A stretch of 64,000 nucleotides of DNA from the NCBI GenBank assembly GCA_038214755.1, contig JBBQRQ010000011.1, positions 1 to 64,000 of the forward strand. The letters are read 5' to 3'. The notes under the pieces are model-generated. The model saw only the letters and a list, made by a program, of their open reading frames with translations. It did not search any database and was not told where the DNA came from. The stretch's first letter is position 1; each line of letters opens with the position of its first letter. The stretch is from Verrucomicrobiota bacterium. Its GTDB lineage: Bacteria; Verrucomicrobiota; Verrucomicrobiia; Limisphaerales; CANJXF01. A program made the translations under genes and the position numbers. Positions 37,174-46,007 of the stretch are shown here, in pieces.

Positions 37174-37672
37174 AGTAGTCGTAAATACCCGAATCGTGAG
37201 AGTAACCGCCTCCGCCCGCGCCAGCCGATTCTTCCCCTTCAAGACCTCCCAAAACATCGCCCATATCCTCTTCAATTTTTTCCGGATCTTCGCCGGCCTC
37301 CAGCCGCTTGATGGCCACCTCGAATTCTTTCGGCATCGAGCCTGCGGGCAATATGTCTTTCATCTTCCGCATCATTTGCGCCATGTGTTTTGGGTTATTT
37401 TCATCCATGTGCTCCATGTCGCGTTCCATCTCGCTCATCGCGCGCATCACTCGCGGATCATCCATGTCGGGCATCGGCCCCTCGCTGTTTTCGCCGGGAG
37501 TGGGCGCAGATGTTTCTTTAACGCCTTTGGGCGAGGCAAAGGTGCTCATCTGTTTCAACATTTTTTTTGAGCCGCATTTCGGACAAGTCGGAAGACGTTC
37601 AGGATTGATCCGTTTGGAAAGAAAATTAAAAATGACGCGGCACTTGGGGCAGGCGAATTCGTAGATGGGCAT
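37172..37672 (-). CDS. FmdB-family zinc-ribbon protein
   Basis: MPIYEFACPKC...CPKCGS. Confidence 0.85.
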   Translation of the reverse strand: MPIYEFACPKCRVIFNFLSKRINPERLPTCPKCGSKKMLKQMSTFASPKGVKETSAPTPGENSEGPMPDMDDPRVMRAMSEMERDMEHMDENNPKHMAQMMRKMKDILPAGSMPKEFEVAIKRLEAGEDPEKIEEDMGDVLGGLEGEESAGAGGGGYSHDSGIYDY

Positions 37673-37675
37673 GGC

Positions 37676-37904
37676 GATTTAGGATTCACGATTTACGATT
37701 TACGCGCCCCAAAAAATTACGAGCCGGGGACACCGTAGGGCAGGCTTTCCAGCCTGCCGGTTCACGAGACTTTCTAGTCTCGTGAAAGAATAGAGAACTT
37801 TTTCTACAGATTTCCGAGGGACTGGAAAGTCCCCGGAACCGGCAGGCTGGAAAGCCTGCTCTACGGTGTCCAGCCTCGTAAATCGTAAATCCAAAATCGT
37901 AAAT
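37676..37904. repeat. Nested element: (GATTTAC)n...(GTAAATC)n arms around a GTAG REPIN (37728-37871)
   Basis: GATTTAGGATTCACGATTTACGATTTACG / CGTAAATCGTAAATCCAAAATCGTAAAT; inner CGTAGGGCAGGCTTTCCAGCCTGCCGGTTC / GAACCGGCAGGCTGGAAAGCCTGCTCTACG. Confidence 0.85.
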
Positions 37905-37910
37905 GGCTGA

Positions 37911-38855
37911 TTATTTCAACCGATCAAAATTCTTTTGCAGAATCTGCCAATCTTTCAACCCTTTGACCTTCTCCTGAAAGCTGGCGTTGATCTTCGCTTC
38001 GTTCGCATTTTTCGTTGGGCGATTGACTTTGTAAAAAATTCCGAAGCGCCCCGGAAATGCTTCGCCCGCCAATTTGTAAGCAGCCATTTCATCGGTTACG
38101 TCGTGCTCGGCTGGAACCAGATTAAACGCGCCGCCCTTGCGGGGGTTGGCGGCATCAAACGCGCCTTCGTAAAACTCCACGCACTCACTCAAGCATTCGA
38201 TCACACTAAAGCCATCGTGATCCATCGCGGCTTCCATCATTTGCAAAAGATGATTTGGATTGGTCGCCGTCGCGCGCGCCACGAACGTCGCTCCGGCGGA
38301 AATCAATTGCTTCATTGGATTGACCGGCTGATCGACTGCGCCCCAAATGTCCGTTTTGCTTTTGAAACCAATCGGCGATGTCGGCGAAGTTTGTTTTTTG
38401 GTCAGGCCGTAAACGAAATTATCCATGATGACATAGGTCATCTTGATGTTTTTTCGCGCAGTGTGATTGACGTGATTTCCGCCGATGGAAAAAGCGTCGC
38501 CATCCCCTCCGAAAACAAACACGTGAAGATCAGGCCGCGAGAGTGAAACACCGCTGGCAAAAGGCAAGGCGCGCCCGTGGATGTAATGCACTCCGTGCGC
38601 CTGCACGAAATACGGAAAACGGCTCGAACAACCGATCCCCGCAATGGTCGTGATCTGTTCGTGCAACATTTTGCGCTTCTCGATCAGTTTGAAATAAAGC
38701 GCCAACACGGAAAAATCGCCGCAGCCAGGGCACCACGTCGGATGGTCGGCCGCGACTTCTTTTTTGGTGAGGCCTTTGCGTTCGGAATCGGGAAGGGGAG
38801 TAACTGAGGTGATGTCGCCGCTGCGAGGAGGAATTTCTAATTTTGTTTCGTTCAT
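37911..38855 (-). CDS. korB: 2-oxoacid:ferredoxin oxidoreductase beta subunit
   Basis: WCPGCGD, GIGCSSR, HGRALP, GGDGD...IGGNH, DNFVYGLTKKQ TPP-binding motifs; substrate specificity not determinable. Confidence 0.9.
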   Translation of the reverse strand: MNETKLEIPPRSGDITSVTPLPDSERKGLTKKEVAADHPTWCPGCGDFSVLALYFKLIEKRKMLHEQITTIAGIGCSSRFPYFVQAHGVHYIHGRALPFASGVSLSRPDLHVFVFGGDGDAFSIGGNHVNHTARKNIKMTYVIMDNFVYGLTKKQTSPTSPIGFKSKTDIWGAVDQPVNPMKQLISAGATFVARATATNPNHLLQMMEAAMDHDGFSVIECLSECVEFYEGAFDAANPRKGGAFNLVPAEHDVTDEMAAYKLAGEAFPGRFGIFYKVNRPTKNANEAKINASFQEKVKGLKDWQILQKNFDRLK

Positions 38856-38944
38856 AAATTTTTGTGCAAAGGAGAATTTTCTTCCTTATCGAATGGAAAA
38901 CCCGACGAACTTTTTTGCAAAAAGATTGGGGATTTCCAGCGGCT

Positions 38945-38973
38945 ACGCTAGGAAGGCAGGCAGGGAATGTCAA
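38945..38973 (-). promoter_or_regulatory. sigma70 promoter for the beta-subunit gene
   Basis: TTGACA-N17-TAGCGT on the minus strand. Confidence 0.6.
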
Positions 38974-39090
38974 ACTTTTAGCTCTGAACAGCAAAGCTCC
39001 TGAAAGATGATAAGCCTGGTAAAATTTTGCTGTGGCACATTCACATCTCAAAGACTTTTTTCGGGAAACGTTTCTTCGTCCAGTTTAAAT

Positions 39091-40017
39091 TCAGTGCGCT
39101 GAGTTTGCGGGCAGGACGGTTTTGGTTTTTTGAGGAGGAGAAGTAAGGTTGGTTTTCCGATTCCAAACCCGAGGAGCCTGCAATGGTTTCTGAACGCGGG
39201 GTTCGGTGGACGGAATAATCTCAGTCACTGCATCGCCGAGCTGCTTCATTGGATTTTTTTCGGCAGACGGTTCAGCTTTTGAATGGCGGATCAAATCAAT
39301 GATTTCGGGAGCGTGTAAATTGGAGACGGCTGCCCCGATCACCAGATTTGCTTTTTCCTGAATTTCTAATTTCGAAAACTTGTCATCTGCGAAATCCAGT
39401 AACTTCACGAGATTTGTAATTTGGATTCGCGGACGTAAAAAGAGTGAGTCGTCGAGTACAGAAAAATCCACCAATTCCTTCGTTGTGCCAAAAAGGGTTA
39501 GGGTCACGACTGCCCGCTCTACGGTTGGACGGGAACGAAGAATGTTGCCACGCCATTCCACTTGATACACGGGCAACATGAGAACTTCTTTATTTATCCC
39601 ATCCGGATAGAACCGCCACTGAGTTATCCGCCGGCGATATTTTTTTTCGAGGGCTGGAAGGTCTATTTCAAGTGCAATGAGCCAGTTCGTGGCGCGTTGA
39701 TAGGCTCCGTTTTCATCAATTAGAGAAGGAAATTTTGAAAGCTCAAAATTCCGACGCCTGATCGATTCGTCAGAATCCGTCGGCATGAATCCTCGTTTTC
39801 GAAAATTCGCTAAGTGTCCATCTCCGAAACCAAAGAAAAAATTATCGGTCAGAATGCTCCCGCTGAAATCCTTCAAGTACGGAGACCCGATGTGGCTGCC
39901 GTTTCGCACGTCTGATTGATTGAACGTCTTCCCCGGAGAGAGTCCTGTCTGATCGCAAAAGAAATTCACCTCGACCAACATCAATATCGTTGCCACAAAT
40001 TGGTAGGCCAGATTCAT
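39091..40017 (-). CDS. Hypothetical protein (308 aa)
   Basis: Long ORF co-oriented with the island genes; no family recognised. Confidence 0.6.
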   Translation of the reverse strand: MNLAYQFVATILMLVEVNFFCDQTGLSPGKTFNQSDVRNGSHIGSPYLKDFSGSILTDNFFFGFGDGHLANFRKRGFMPTDSDESIRRRNFELSKFPSLIDENGAYQRATNWLIALEIDLPALEKKYRRRITQWRFYPDGINKEVLMLPVYQVEWRGNILRSRPTVERAVVTLTLFGTTKELVDFSVLDDSLFLRPRIQITNLVKLLDFADDKFSKLEIQEKANLVIGAAVSNLHAPEIIDLIRHSKAEPSAEKNPMKQLGDAVTEIIPSTEPRVQKPLQAPRVWNRKTNLTSPPQKTKTVLPANSAH

Positions 40018-40052
40018 TTCGCAGTTATCAGGCGTTCGTCAGACCTTGAGTG

Positions 40053-40325
40053 TTACCGCAGCAGAATATGAAAAAGGAAATAAAAAATGACGGCCGGCAA
40101 AGGTAACAACACGAACGCCAGTGGAACTTGCCAACTCGCGCCTTTCCAAAAAACCGGTAAGACAAAAACAACTGTGGTTACCGCGAGAATTCCGGCGATA
40201 AATACGAGATGCAACTCCCGTTCGACGCTGCCCCACATTCCTAATTTTTGAGTTAGAACCCATAGCGCCACGTTTAGAAAGAAACCGATAAGCAATCTGA
40301 GCAAACTTTGTTGTGGCAAACTCAT
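40053..40325 (-). CDS. Small three-TM membrane protein
   Basis: 90 aa, three hydrophobic segments, 13 nt downstream of the 866-aa gene. Confidence 0.6.
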   Translation of the reverse strand: MSLPQQSLLRLLIGFFLNVALWVLTQKLGMWGSVERELHLVFIAGILAVTTVVFVLPVFWKGASWQVPLAFVLLPLPAVIFYFLFHILLR

Positions 40326-40338
40326 GCCTAAAAACTTT

Positions 40339-42939
40339 TCAAGGATCGTGCCTCTTTAAATCGGAGCATCCGGAAATTCTCCATTTGTCCTGATTGGTAA
40401 AACCGTAACCGGTCGCCGTATCCGCGAAAAAATCCATGCAGATGTCCAGCGGATATCCACCCATCCATCGCGAAAAAAGTTCACTTAACGCCGAACCATA
40501 TTGAGCGTGAGCGATCCCACCTGAGTCGAACGCGCCCGGACACAATCCTTGGTCGGTCCATGCTACGAATGCCTGCGGTTTGCGGCCCGTAAATTGATAT
40601 TCCAACACAATATTGGTGCTCCCTGTTTCCGAGAAATCTATGCCAAAGGCGTTAGCCCAGCCAGCATGATAGGTATCGCATCCGTTAAGAATGACGAGAC
40701 GGTAAGGGCGCTTGTTATCGCGGAGAAGGGTGCGCGTGGAGCGATGCTTTTTGTTTTCCAAGACACGTTCAACGTCATCGGAGAGCAGGTTTGATTTGTG
40801 CACGTTTCCCGCAATCGCATCGGCGTTTCCGTGTCCGAACCAAAAGAAATTCCCGCTGCTCTTGAGAGCGTTGAGCAGTAGTTCTTTGTCGTCGTCATTG
40901 TCGTACCGAAATGTGCTTGTGTAGGGGATGTTCCATTGTGGAGACAATGTGTAGGAATCGAAGCTCGAAGGATTCCCCACGATGTTGATTACCGAATCAC
41001 GCATCAACTGTTCGCGACGATTGTTGAAGGCAAACGTGTAAGCGTCCCAACCCCAAGCGACGGCGAATGTATCTGAGACGCTACCGGTCTGCTTGATAAA
41101 CCACAATTGCCCACTAGGAACATTGGTTGGGTTAAATGGAGGCGGCAAACTTCCGCTCCCGGTAGGTAGCGTAAAGACGGCAGCGCGAACGTGACTAAAT
41201 GCAATTTGCTGACCGTTGAACGTCAAATCCCACGCCGCAAGTTCCGTCCCGTTGGTGGTGCTCGATGTGTAGTAAACGAGCGGCTGATTCTGCTCGTCGT
41301 AAAATTCAACGCGAAAGTTCGCATTCTGGTACGCAAAGGTGAGATCGAGAACCAATGTGTGACTAAACTCTGAAGTCCATTTTGCAAATGCCACCTGGTT
41401 TGTGACGATAATATTTTTAGTTGCTCCGGAAATTTTGGCGGGAGCAGGCGGCACTGCCCCGGGAGAATACTGAAAATTCAACGCTATCGAGTAATTGCCA
41501 TTGGTCATCCAAATAGTGTTCCAGTTAATGTACCAACGTTGATCGGCTCTTTTCGTCAGGAATGCATCCGCTCGATTGCTATTTATGAGCAATGAAATCG
41601 GCTGCTGATCGACATGACTTTTGAGCGGCACGGGAATTAGCGCATAGTCGCGAAAGGTTTGGTTCGTAGCAATGTTACCTAGGTTCAACGGGTTGTCTGC
41701 ACCGTTTGGACACGTATCCAGTTTGTATTCGGCAAGGTTCGGCAAACCATCCGCATCAGGATCATCGTTAGGACCTTGATCCAGATTTCCGAAGTGCGCC
41801 AATTCCCATTCGTCGGGCATGCCGTCTCCATCGTCGTCTTGCGGAATAATCGTAACAGGCCGCTTCACAAAACCTCCGTGTCCATCCGTCAACACATAAA
41901 GAAATCGGTCTTGCGTGAGGTAATTAGAAGTTCGCGTATAGACGATTTCGCCGTTAGCGTTGGTTTCCGCAGTTCCGCGCGACGGCTGTTCAATGACCGC
42001 CAATTGCAACGAATTGCTGTCCGCATCCGTGGCATTGGTCAGGATGGGAAAAGAAATACCCGCCTGATTGGTGAACAACGTAAATTCCAGCGGCGGCGCG
42101 GAAGGATGATTATTTCCGCTCTCGTTGACGAAAACAAAAACGGACGCTGAATTTGAACCGCCCACATTGTTCGTGATCGAATACGAAAAAGTATCCATTC
42201 CGGAAAACGCGTTGGTCGGGCTGTAAAGGAAAATGGAACCGTCATCACTGTATTCAATCAATCCGTGACTCGCGGCCTGAACGCTCGAAAGAAGAATCGG
42301 GTTGTCATCGGGATCTATGTCGTTTTCCAAAATATCAAGTTGGTTGGAAACAGAACCTTGTTCGACGCCGAAAATATCCAGTCGCGTAATCGGTGTCGGC
42401 GCAAAAACGCGATAGAATCCTGAACAGACATTGCTGTTTGTGTTGACTGGATTGCAGCTATTGCCACCGAAGGAAAACGAACTGACTGAATTGGAAGAAC
42501 TGCTCTCACTTTGAAACGTTGCTTCTTTGGAACTGCTCAAATTCGAGATTTCCCAAGGTGACGGCGGCAGGGGAGGGAAATCGTCTTTTTCATTCGACTG
42601 CGATGATGATGAAAAACTGTTTGGACTTGGCGGGCCGCCACTTCCACCGCCGCCACCTCCTCCATTGCCGGACGGCCAACAAACAGCATTGGTGTGAACA
42701 AAAGTTGTCCGATTCGTTCCAACCGCTGCCGGATAAGCGTTGGTAAGCGTTTGCCATACATCATTCGGATCGAGGGTCGCTCGGTATTGAACAATGTAAA
42801 TGGCGTTGCTCTGGCTCTGCCAACGAAGCACCGCGTCATTGCCTTGCACCGAGAGGGTTAGCCCTTCGACTCCTGGAGCATATTGGAGAGAAAGGCCGGA
42901 AAGAACTATTGCCAAAAACAAGACGCATTTCGTTTTCAT
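40339..42939 (-). CDS. Secreted protein: N-terminal FYR-type domain, two cadherin/Ig-like domains, DxDxDG repeats, C-terminal caspase/gingipain-fold-like domain
   Basis: Signal peptide; LENDIDPDD...GMDTFSYSI; DDDGDGMPDEWE; FFWFGHGN...LVILNGCDT His/Cys dyad pattern. Confidence 0.65.
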   Translation of the reverse strand: MKTKCVLFLAIVLSGLSLQYAPGVEGLTLSVQGNDAVLRWQSQSNAIYIVQYRATLDPNDVWQTLTNAYPAAVGTNRTTFVHTNAVCWPSGNGGGGGGGSGGPPSPNSFSSSSQSNEKDDFPPLPPSPWEISNLSSSKEATFQSESSSSNSVSSFSFGGNSCNPVNTNSNVCSGFYRVFAPTPITRLDIFGVEQGSVSNQLDILENDIDPDDNPILLSSVQAASHGLIEYSDDGSIFLYSPTNAFSGMDTFSYSITNNVGGSNSASVFVFVNESGNNHPSAPPLEFTLFTNQAGISFPILTNATDADSNSLQLAVIEQPSRGTAETNANGEIVYTRTSNYLTQDRFLYVLTDGHGGFVKRPVTIIPQDDDGDGMPDEWELAHFGNLDQGPNDDPDADGLPNLAEYKLDTCPNGADNPLNLGNIATNQTFRDYALIPVPLKSHVDQQPISLLINSNRADAFLTKRADQRWYINWNTIWMTNGNYSIALNFQYSPGAVPPAPAKISGATKNIIVTNQVAFAKWTSEFSHTLVLDLTFAYQNANFRVEFYDEQNQPLVYYTSSTTNGTELAAWDLTFNGQQIAFSHVRAAVFTLPTGSGSLPPPFNPTNVPSGQLWFIKQTGSVSDTFAVAWGWDAYTFAFNNRREQLMRDSVINIVGNPSSFDSYTLSPQWNIPYTSTFRYDNDDDKELLLNALKSSGNFFWFGHGNADAIAGNVHKSNLLSDDVERVLENKKHRSTRTLLRDNKRPYRLVILNGCDTYHAGWANAFGIDFSETGSTNIVLEYQFTGRKPQAFVAWTDQGLCPGAFDSGGIAHAQYGSALSELFSRWMGGYPLDICMDFFADTATGYGFTNQDKWRISGCSDLKRHDP

Positions 42940-43077
42940 AGTTTTTTTTGACTGGCCGCTTTGAAATTGCCGCCGTCAATAGGAAGCGAACTTGTCCAAA
43001 AAACGCAAGATCAAAATCGACCTTTCTACACGGAGCGTGTGTGGTCACTTTTTTCTGGTTCTGTTTCCTAAGCCCTC

Positions 43078-43293
43078 GTGGCGAAAACTGAACGCAAAAT
43101 TATCGGCGAAGCAGTTCTCAGATACCGAATAAAATCGAAGTTGAGTCAGGAAGCTCTGGCGGAGAAAGCTGACATTCACCCTAATTACGTAGGTCGAATC
43201 GAGCGGGGAGAATGTTCTGCCACGGTTGAAATTCTAATCAGAATTGCCAAGTCCCTCAACGTTCATCCCCACAAGTTTTTTTTGAAACTTTAG
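43078..43293 (+). CDS. XRE-family HTH regulator
   Basis: RIKSKLSQEALAEKADIHPNYVGRIERGE. Confidence 0.9.
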   Translation: MAKTERKIIGEAVLRYRIKSKLSQEALAEKADIHPNYVGRIERGECSATVEILIRIAKSLNVHPHKFFLKL

Positions 43294-43401
43294 TCGAGCG
43301 TTTGTTTCCTAAGGTCAGTCGTTTGCAATGCCGCGATTTCTTTTGCCAGCCGTTGAGTCACAGGCCGAGGTTCGGGTAGGGTCATCTTGCGACCCGGCTA
43401 A

Positions 43402-43776
43402 TTAGCTGATCCGATTCTCGGACACAATTTCCACCGTTCTGCCGTCGGGATCCGCAACAACCGCCCGACGACCCCATGGCGAATCTTTCGGCGGCGTAAT
43501 CACGGGCGTTCCCAACTGTTGCAAAGTTTCGAGTGTCACATCAATAGATGCGACGCGAAAACCGAGACGGGTCGCGCCGCCTGCGCGAGGGTCAGGCGTA
43601 GCGCCTTCGCTCCCCGGATAAATTTCGAAAACTGTTCCACCCAAATCACACGAATGATGAACTGGGCCAGAGCCGTGTTGCTCTTGGGTGAAGGTCAGAC
43701 CCAACGCGCGATACATCCCAAGCGTCGCCTCCATTCGCGATGTTCGCAGAACTAAAAGTGAAAGCGGCGAATACAT
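43402..43776 (-). CDS. VOC/glyoxalase-family protein
   Basis: MYSPLSLLVLRT..., EQHGSGPVH, LGFRV, SPWGRRAVVADPDGRTVEI; starts 5 nt after the alpha-subunit stop. Confidence 0.85.
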   Translation of the reverse strand: MYSPLSLLVLRTSRMEATLGMYRALGLTFTQEQHGSGPVHHSCDLGGTVFEIYPGSEGATPDPRAGGATRLGFRVASIDVTLETLQQLGTPVITPPKDSPWGRRAVVADPDGRTVEIVSENRIS

Positions 43777-43781
43777 GGACT

Positions 43782-45605
43782 TCAAAGTTTTCTCACACCC
43801 GCCGCGACGGTCGTTTTCGCCCGTTCCAAAATTTCGCGCACGCGGAAAGTCAGTCCATCGGTTTTGGTGATGCCGCGAATTTTCGGATCGCAATAACGCG
43901 CGCGGAGCAGGCCGCCCAGTTGTCCGAAACCGTACAAACCTTCGTCGTTCATCTCGACGACGAACACGTGATTGAATCCGGCAAAAATATTTTCCAACCC
44001 CGGCGGCAACGGGCTGATGTGTTTGATGTGAATCGATGAAACGCTATCGCCTGCCCCGCGCGCGCGATCCACCGCTTCGCGAATCGGCCCTTGCGTAGAA
44101 CCCCAGCCGACTAAAAGCACATTGCCTTCAGACGGGCCGTAAATTGTCGGCACAGGCAAACTTTCTCCGAGCGCCTGCAATTTTTTTCGCCGCTTTGCCA
44201 CCATTTGCATGTGCAACTTTGGTGAGCCAGTCGGATGGCCCAACTCATCATGCTCCAATCCCGTGGCGATGGGATATTTGCCGCTTTGAATTTTTGTGCC
44301 GGGGGCGACGTGTCGCGTAATGCCATTCGGCATCGAGAGATCGTACGGCTTGTGATCGGCTACCGGCGTGAGGTCAGGTGAAATGTCCTGGCAAACTTTT
44401 TCGAGATTCGGTTCTTCAAAAGCTTCGATGCGAGTTGAGATAGCTTGATCGCTGAGAATAACAACCGGGACGCTGTACTTGCGCGCGATGTTCACCGCTT
44501 CAATGGCTGTGTAAAAACAATCTTCCACATTCGCGGGCGCGATGACCACGCGCGGCGAATCTCCGTGCCCGCCGTTCACCGCGATATTCAAATCCGATTG
44601 CTCAACATTCGTCGGCATTCCCGTCGAAGGTCCGCCGCGTTGAATATCGCAAATGATCAACGGCATTTCCGCCATCACGCCCCAACCGATGGCCTCGGTT
44701 TTCAATGAAATTCCAGGGCCGCTCGATCCCGTCACCGCCACGCGACCGGCATAACTCGCGCCGAGCGCCATCGAGATCGCGGCGATTTCATCTTCCGTTT
44801 GCACAAATGTCCCGCCGTATTTCGGCAACTCGCGCCGCAACAATTCCATGATGTCCGACCACGGCGTAATCGGATAGCCCGCGCCGAAGCGAACTCCCGC
44901 CGCGATCAATCCGTAAGCAAGCGCTTCGTTGCCGTTCATCACTACTTGATGGCCGGATTTTTTCTGCGAATCGACAAACTGAAAAGTCTCAATCAAATTG
45001 CCGAGCGAATAACTGTAGCCGGCGTGAAAGGCGGCGAGGGCATTCTTCAAAACGCTTTCGTCTTTGCCCGTGAAACGTTCGGCGACGAGCTTCTCCAACT
45101 TCGCCACGTTGAGATCAAACATTTTGGCGATCAATCCGAGCGCAAAAATATTTTTGCCTTTATCTTTCGCCGTTCCGCCGATTGCCTCGACGGTCAGACC
45201 CGAAATCGCGACGCCGACGTGATGATAATCCTTGGTCCATTCCGGCTTCGGTTCGACGTGGCCGGAATCGTATAAAACAATTCCGCCTTTTTTGAGCGAG
45301 TCGATGTGGTTCTCGTAGGAATGTTGATAGAAAGCGAGTAGCACGTCGGCCTCATCGCCGGAACTGAGAACTTCGCCCGAACCGATACGAACTTGAAAAA
45401 TCGAAGGCCCGCCGGAGATGGTCGAAGGAATTGTCATGAAGGTCATGACTTCCTGTTCGCTGCGTCCGGCGAGTCGCGCTAAAAATCCGCCGATGGCTTG
45501 AATTCCGTCCTGGGAATTTCCCGCGATGCGAATAATTGCCTCGGAGATTTTTGAAATTTTGGGAGCGCCGCCAGCGATAGGCGCGGTCAAAGTTGATTCA
45601 CTCAT
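43782..45605 (-). CDS. korA: 2-oxoacid:ferredoxin oxidoreductase alpha subunit (gamma-alpha fusion)
   Basis: MNGNEA, GYPITP, EDEIAA, SSGPGISLK, QRGGPSTGMPT, GWGST, VEMN. Confidence 0.92.
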   Translation of the reverse strand: MSESTLTAPIAGGAPKISKISEAIIRIAGNSQDGIQAIGGFLARLAGRSEQEVMTFMTIPSTISGGPSIFQVRIGSGEVLSSGDEADVLLAFYQHSYENHIDSLKKGGIVLYDSGHVEPKPEWTKDYHHVGVAISGLTVEAIGGTAKDKGKNIFALGLIAKMFDLNVAKLEKLVAERFTGKDESVLKNALAAFHAGYSYSLGNLIETFQFVDSQKKSGHQVVMNGNEALAYGLIAAGVRFGAGYPITPWSDIMELLRRELPKYGGTFVQTEDEIAAISMALGASYAGRVAVTGSSGPGISLKTEAIGWGVMAEMPLIICDIQRGGPSTGMPTNVEQSDLNIAVNGGHGDSPRVVIAPANVEDCFYTAIEAVNIARKYSVPVVILSDQAISTRIEAFEEPNLEKVCQDISPDLTPVADHKPYDLSMPNGITRHVAPGTKIQSGKYPIATGLEHDELGHPTGSPKLHMQMVAKRRKKLQALGESLPVPTIYGPSEGNVLLVGWGSTQGPIREAVDRARGAGDSVSSIHIKHISPLPPGLENIFAGFNHVFVVEMNDEGLYGFGQLGGLLRARYCDPKIRGITKTDGLTFRVREILERAKTTVAAGVRKL

Positions 45606-45691
45606 GCGCGTTTATAATTTGTTCCGAGATGTTCCTTGTTGCGAAAATTTCCCGATGGTCACTGCAACTTTTCATGGATTACCAACCGTTC

Positions 45692-45720
45692 ACCGTATGG
45701 AGTGCGAGCTAGAGTGTCAA
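45692..45720 (-). promoter_or_regulatory. sigma70 promoter for the alpha-subunit gene
   Basis: TTGACA-N17-TACGGT on the minus strand. Confidence 0.6.
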
Positions 45721-45877
45721 ATAATTCCCGGCTTTTCCAGTCTCAAATTCGAGAAGTTTCTACAGAGCAAAATCACAACCAGTCAGAAAATGCCGCTGGA
45801 GAAGTAGCAAGGATAATTTTGGTCGAGAGGAACATTAAGACTTCGCCTAACTGGTGTGCGATGAACGCGAGCCTCTT

Positions 45878-45977
45878 CGGGTTGCATCTGCCTCCGGCGG
45901 GTGCGAACGATTCCTTTTCTATTCGATGTTCAATGTTTAAAAAACACTTCGCACCCGCCGGAGGCAGATGCTACCCG
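45878..45977. repeat. REPIN-like palindrome
   Basis: CGGGTTGCATCTGCCTCCGGCGGGTGCGAA / TTCGCACCCGCCGGAGGCAGATGCTACCCG; GTAG foot on the minus strand. Confidence 0.85.
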
Positions 45978-46007
45978 CGTCGCTGGAACCTTCGGAAATA
46001 AAACCCC

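Noticed and set aside
43777..43893. N-terminal extension of the VOC ORF
   Set aside because: It overlaps the alpha-subunit 3' end in another frame; ATG 43776 is the better start
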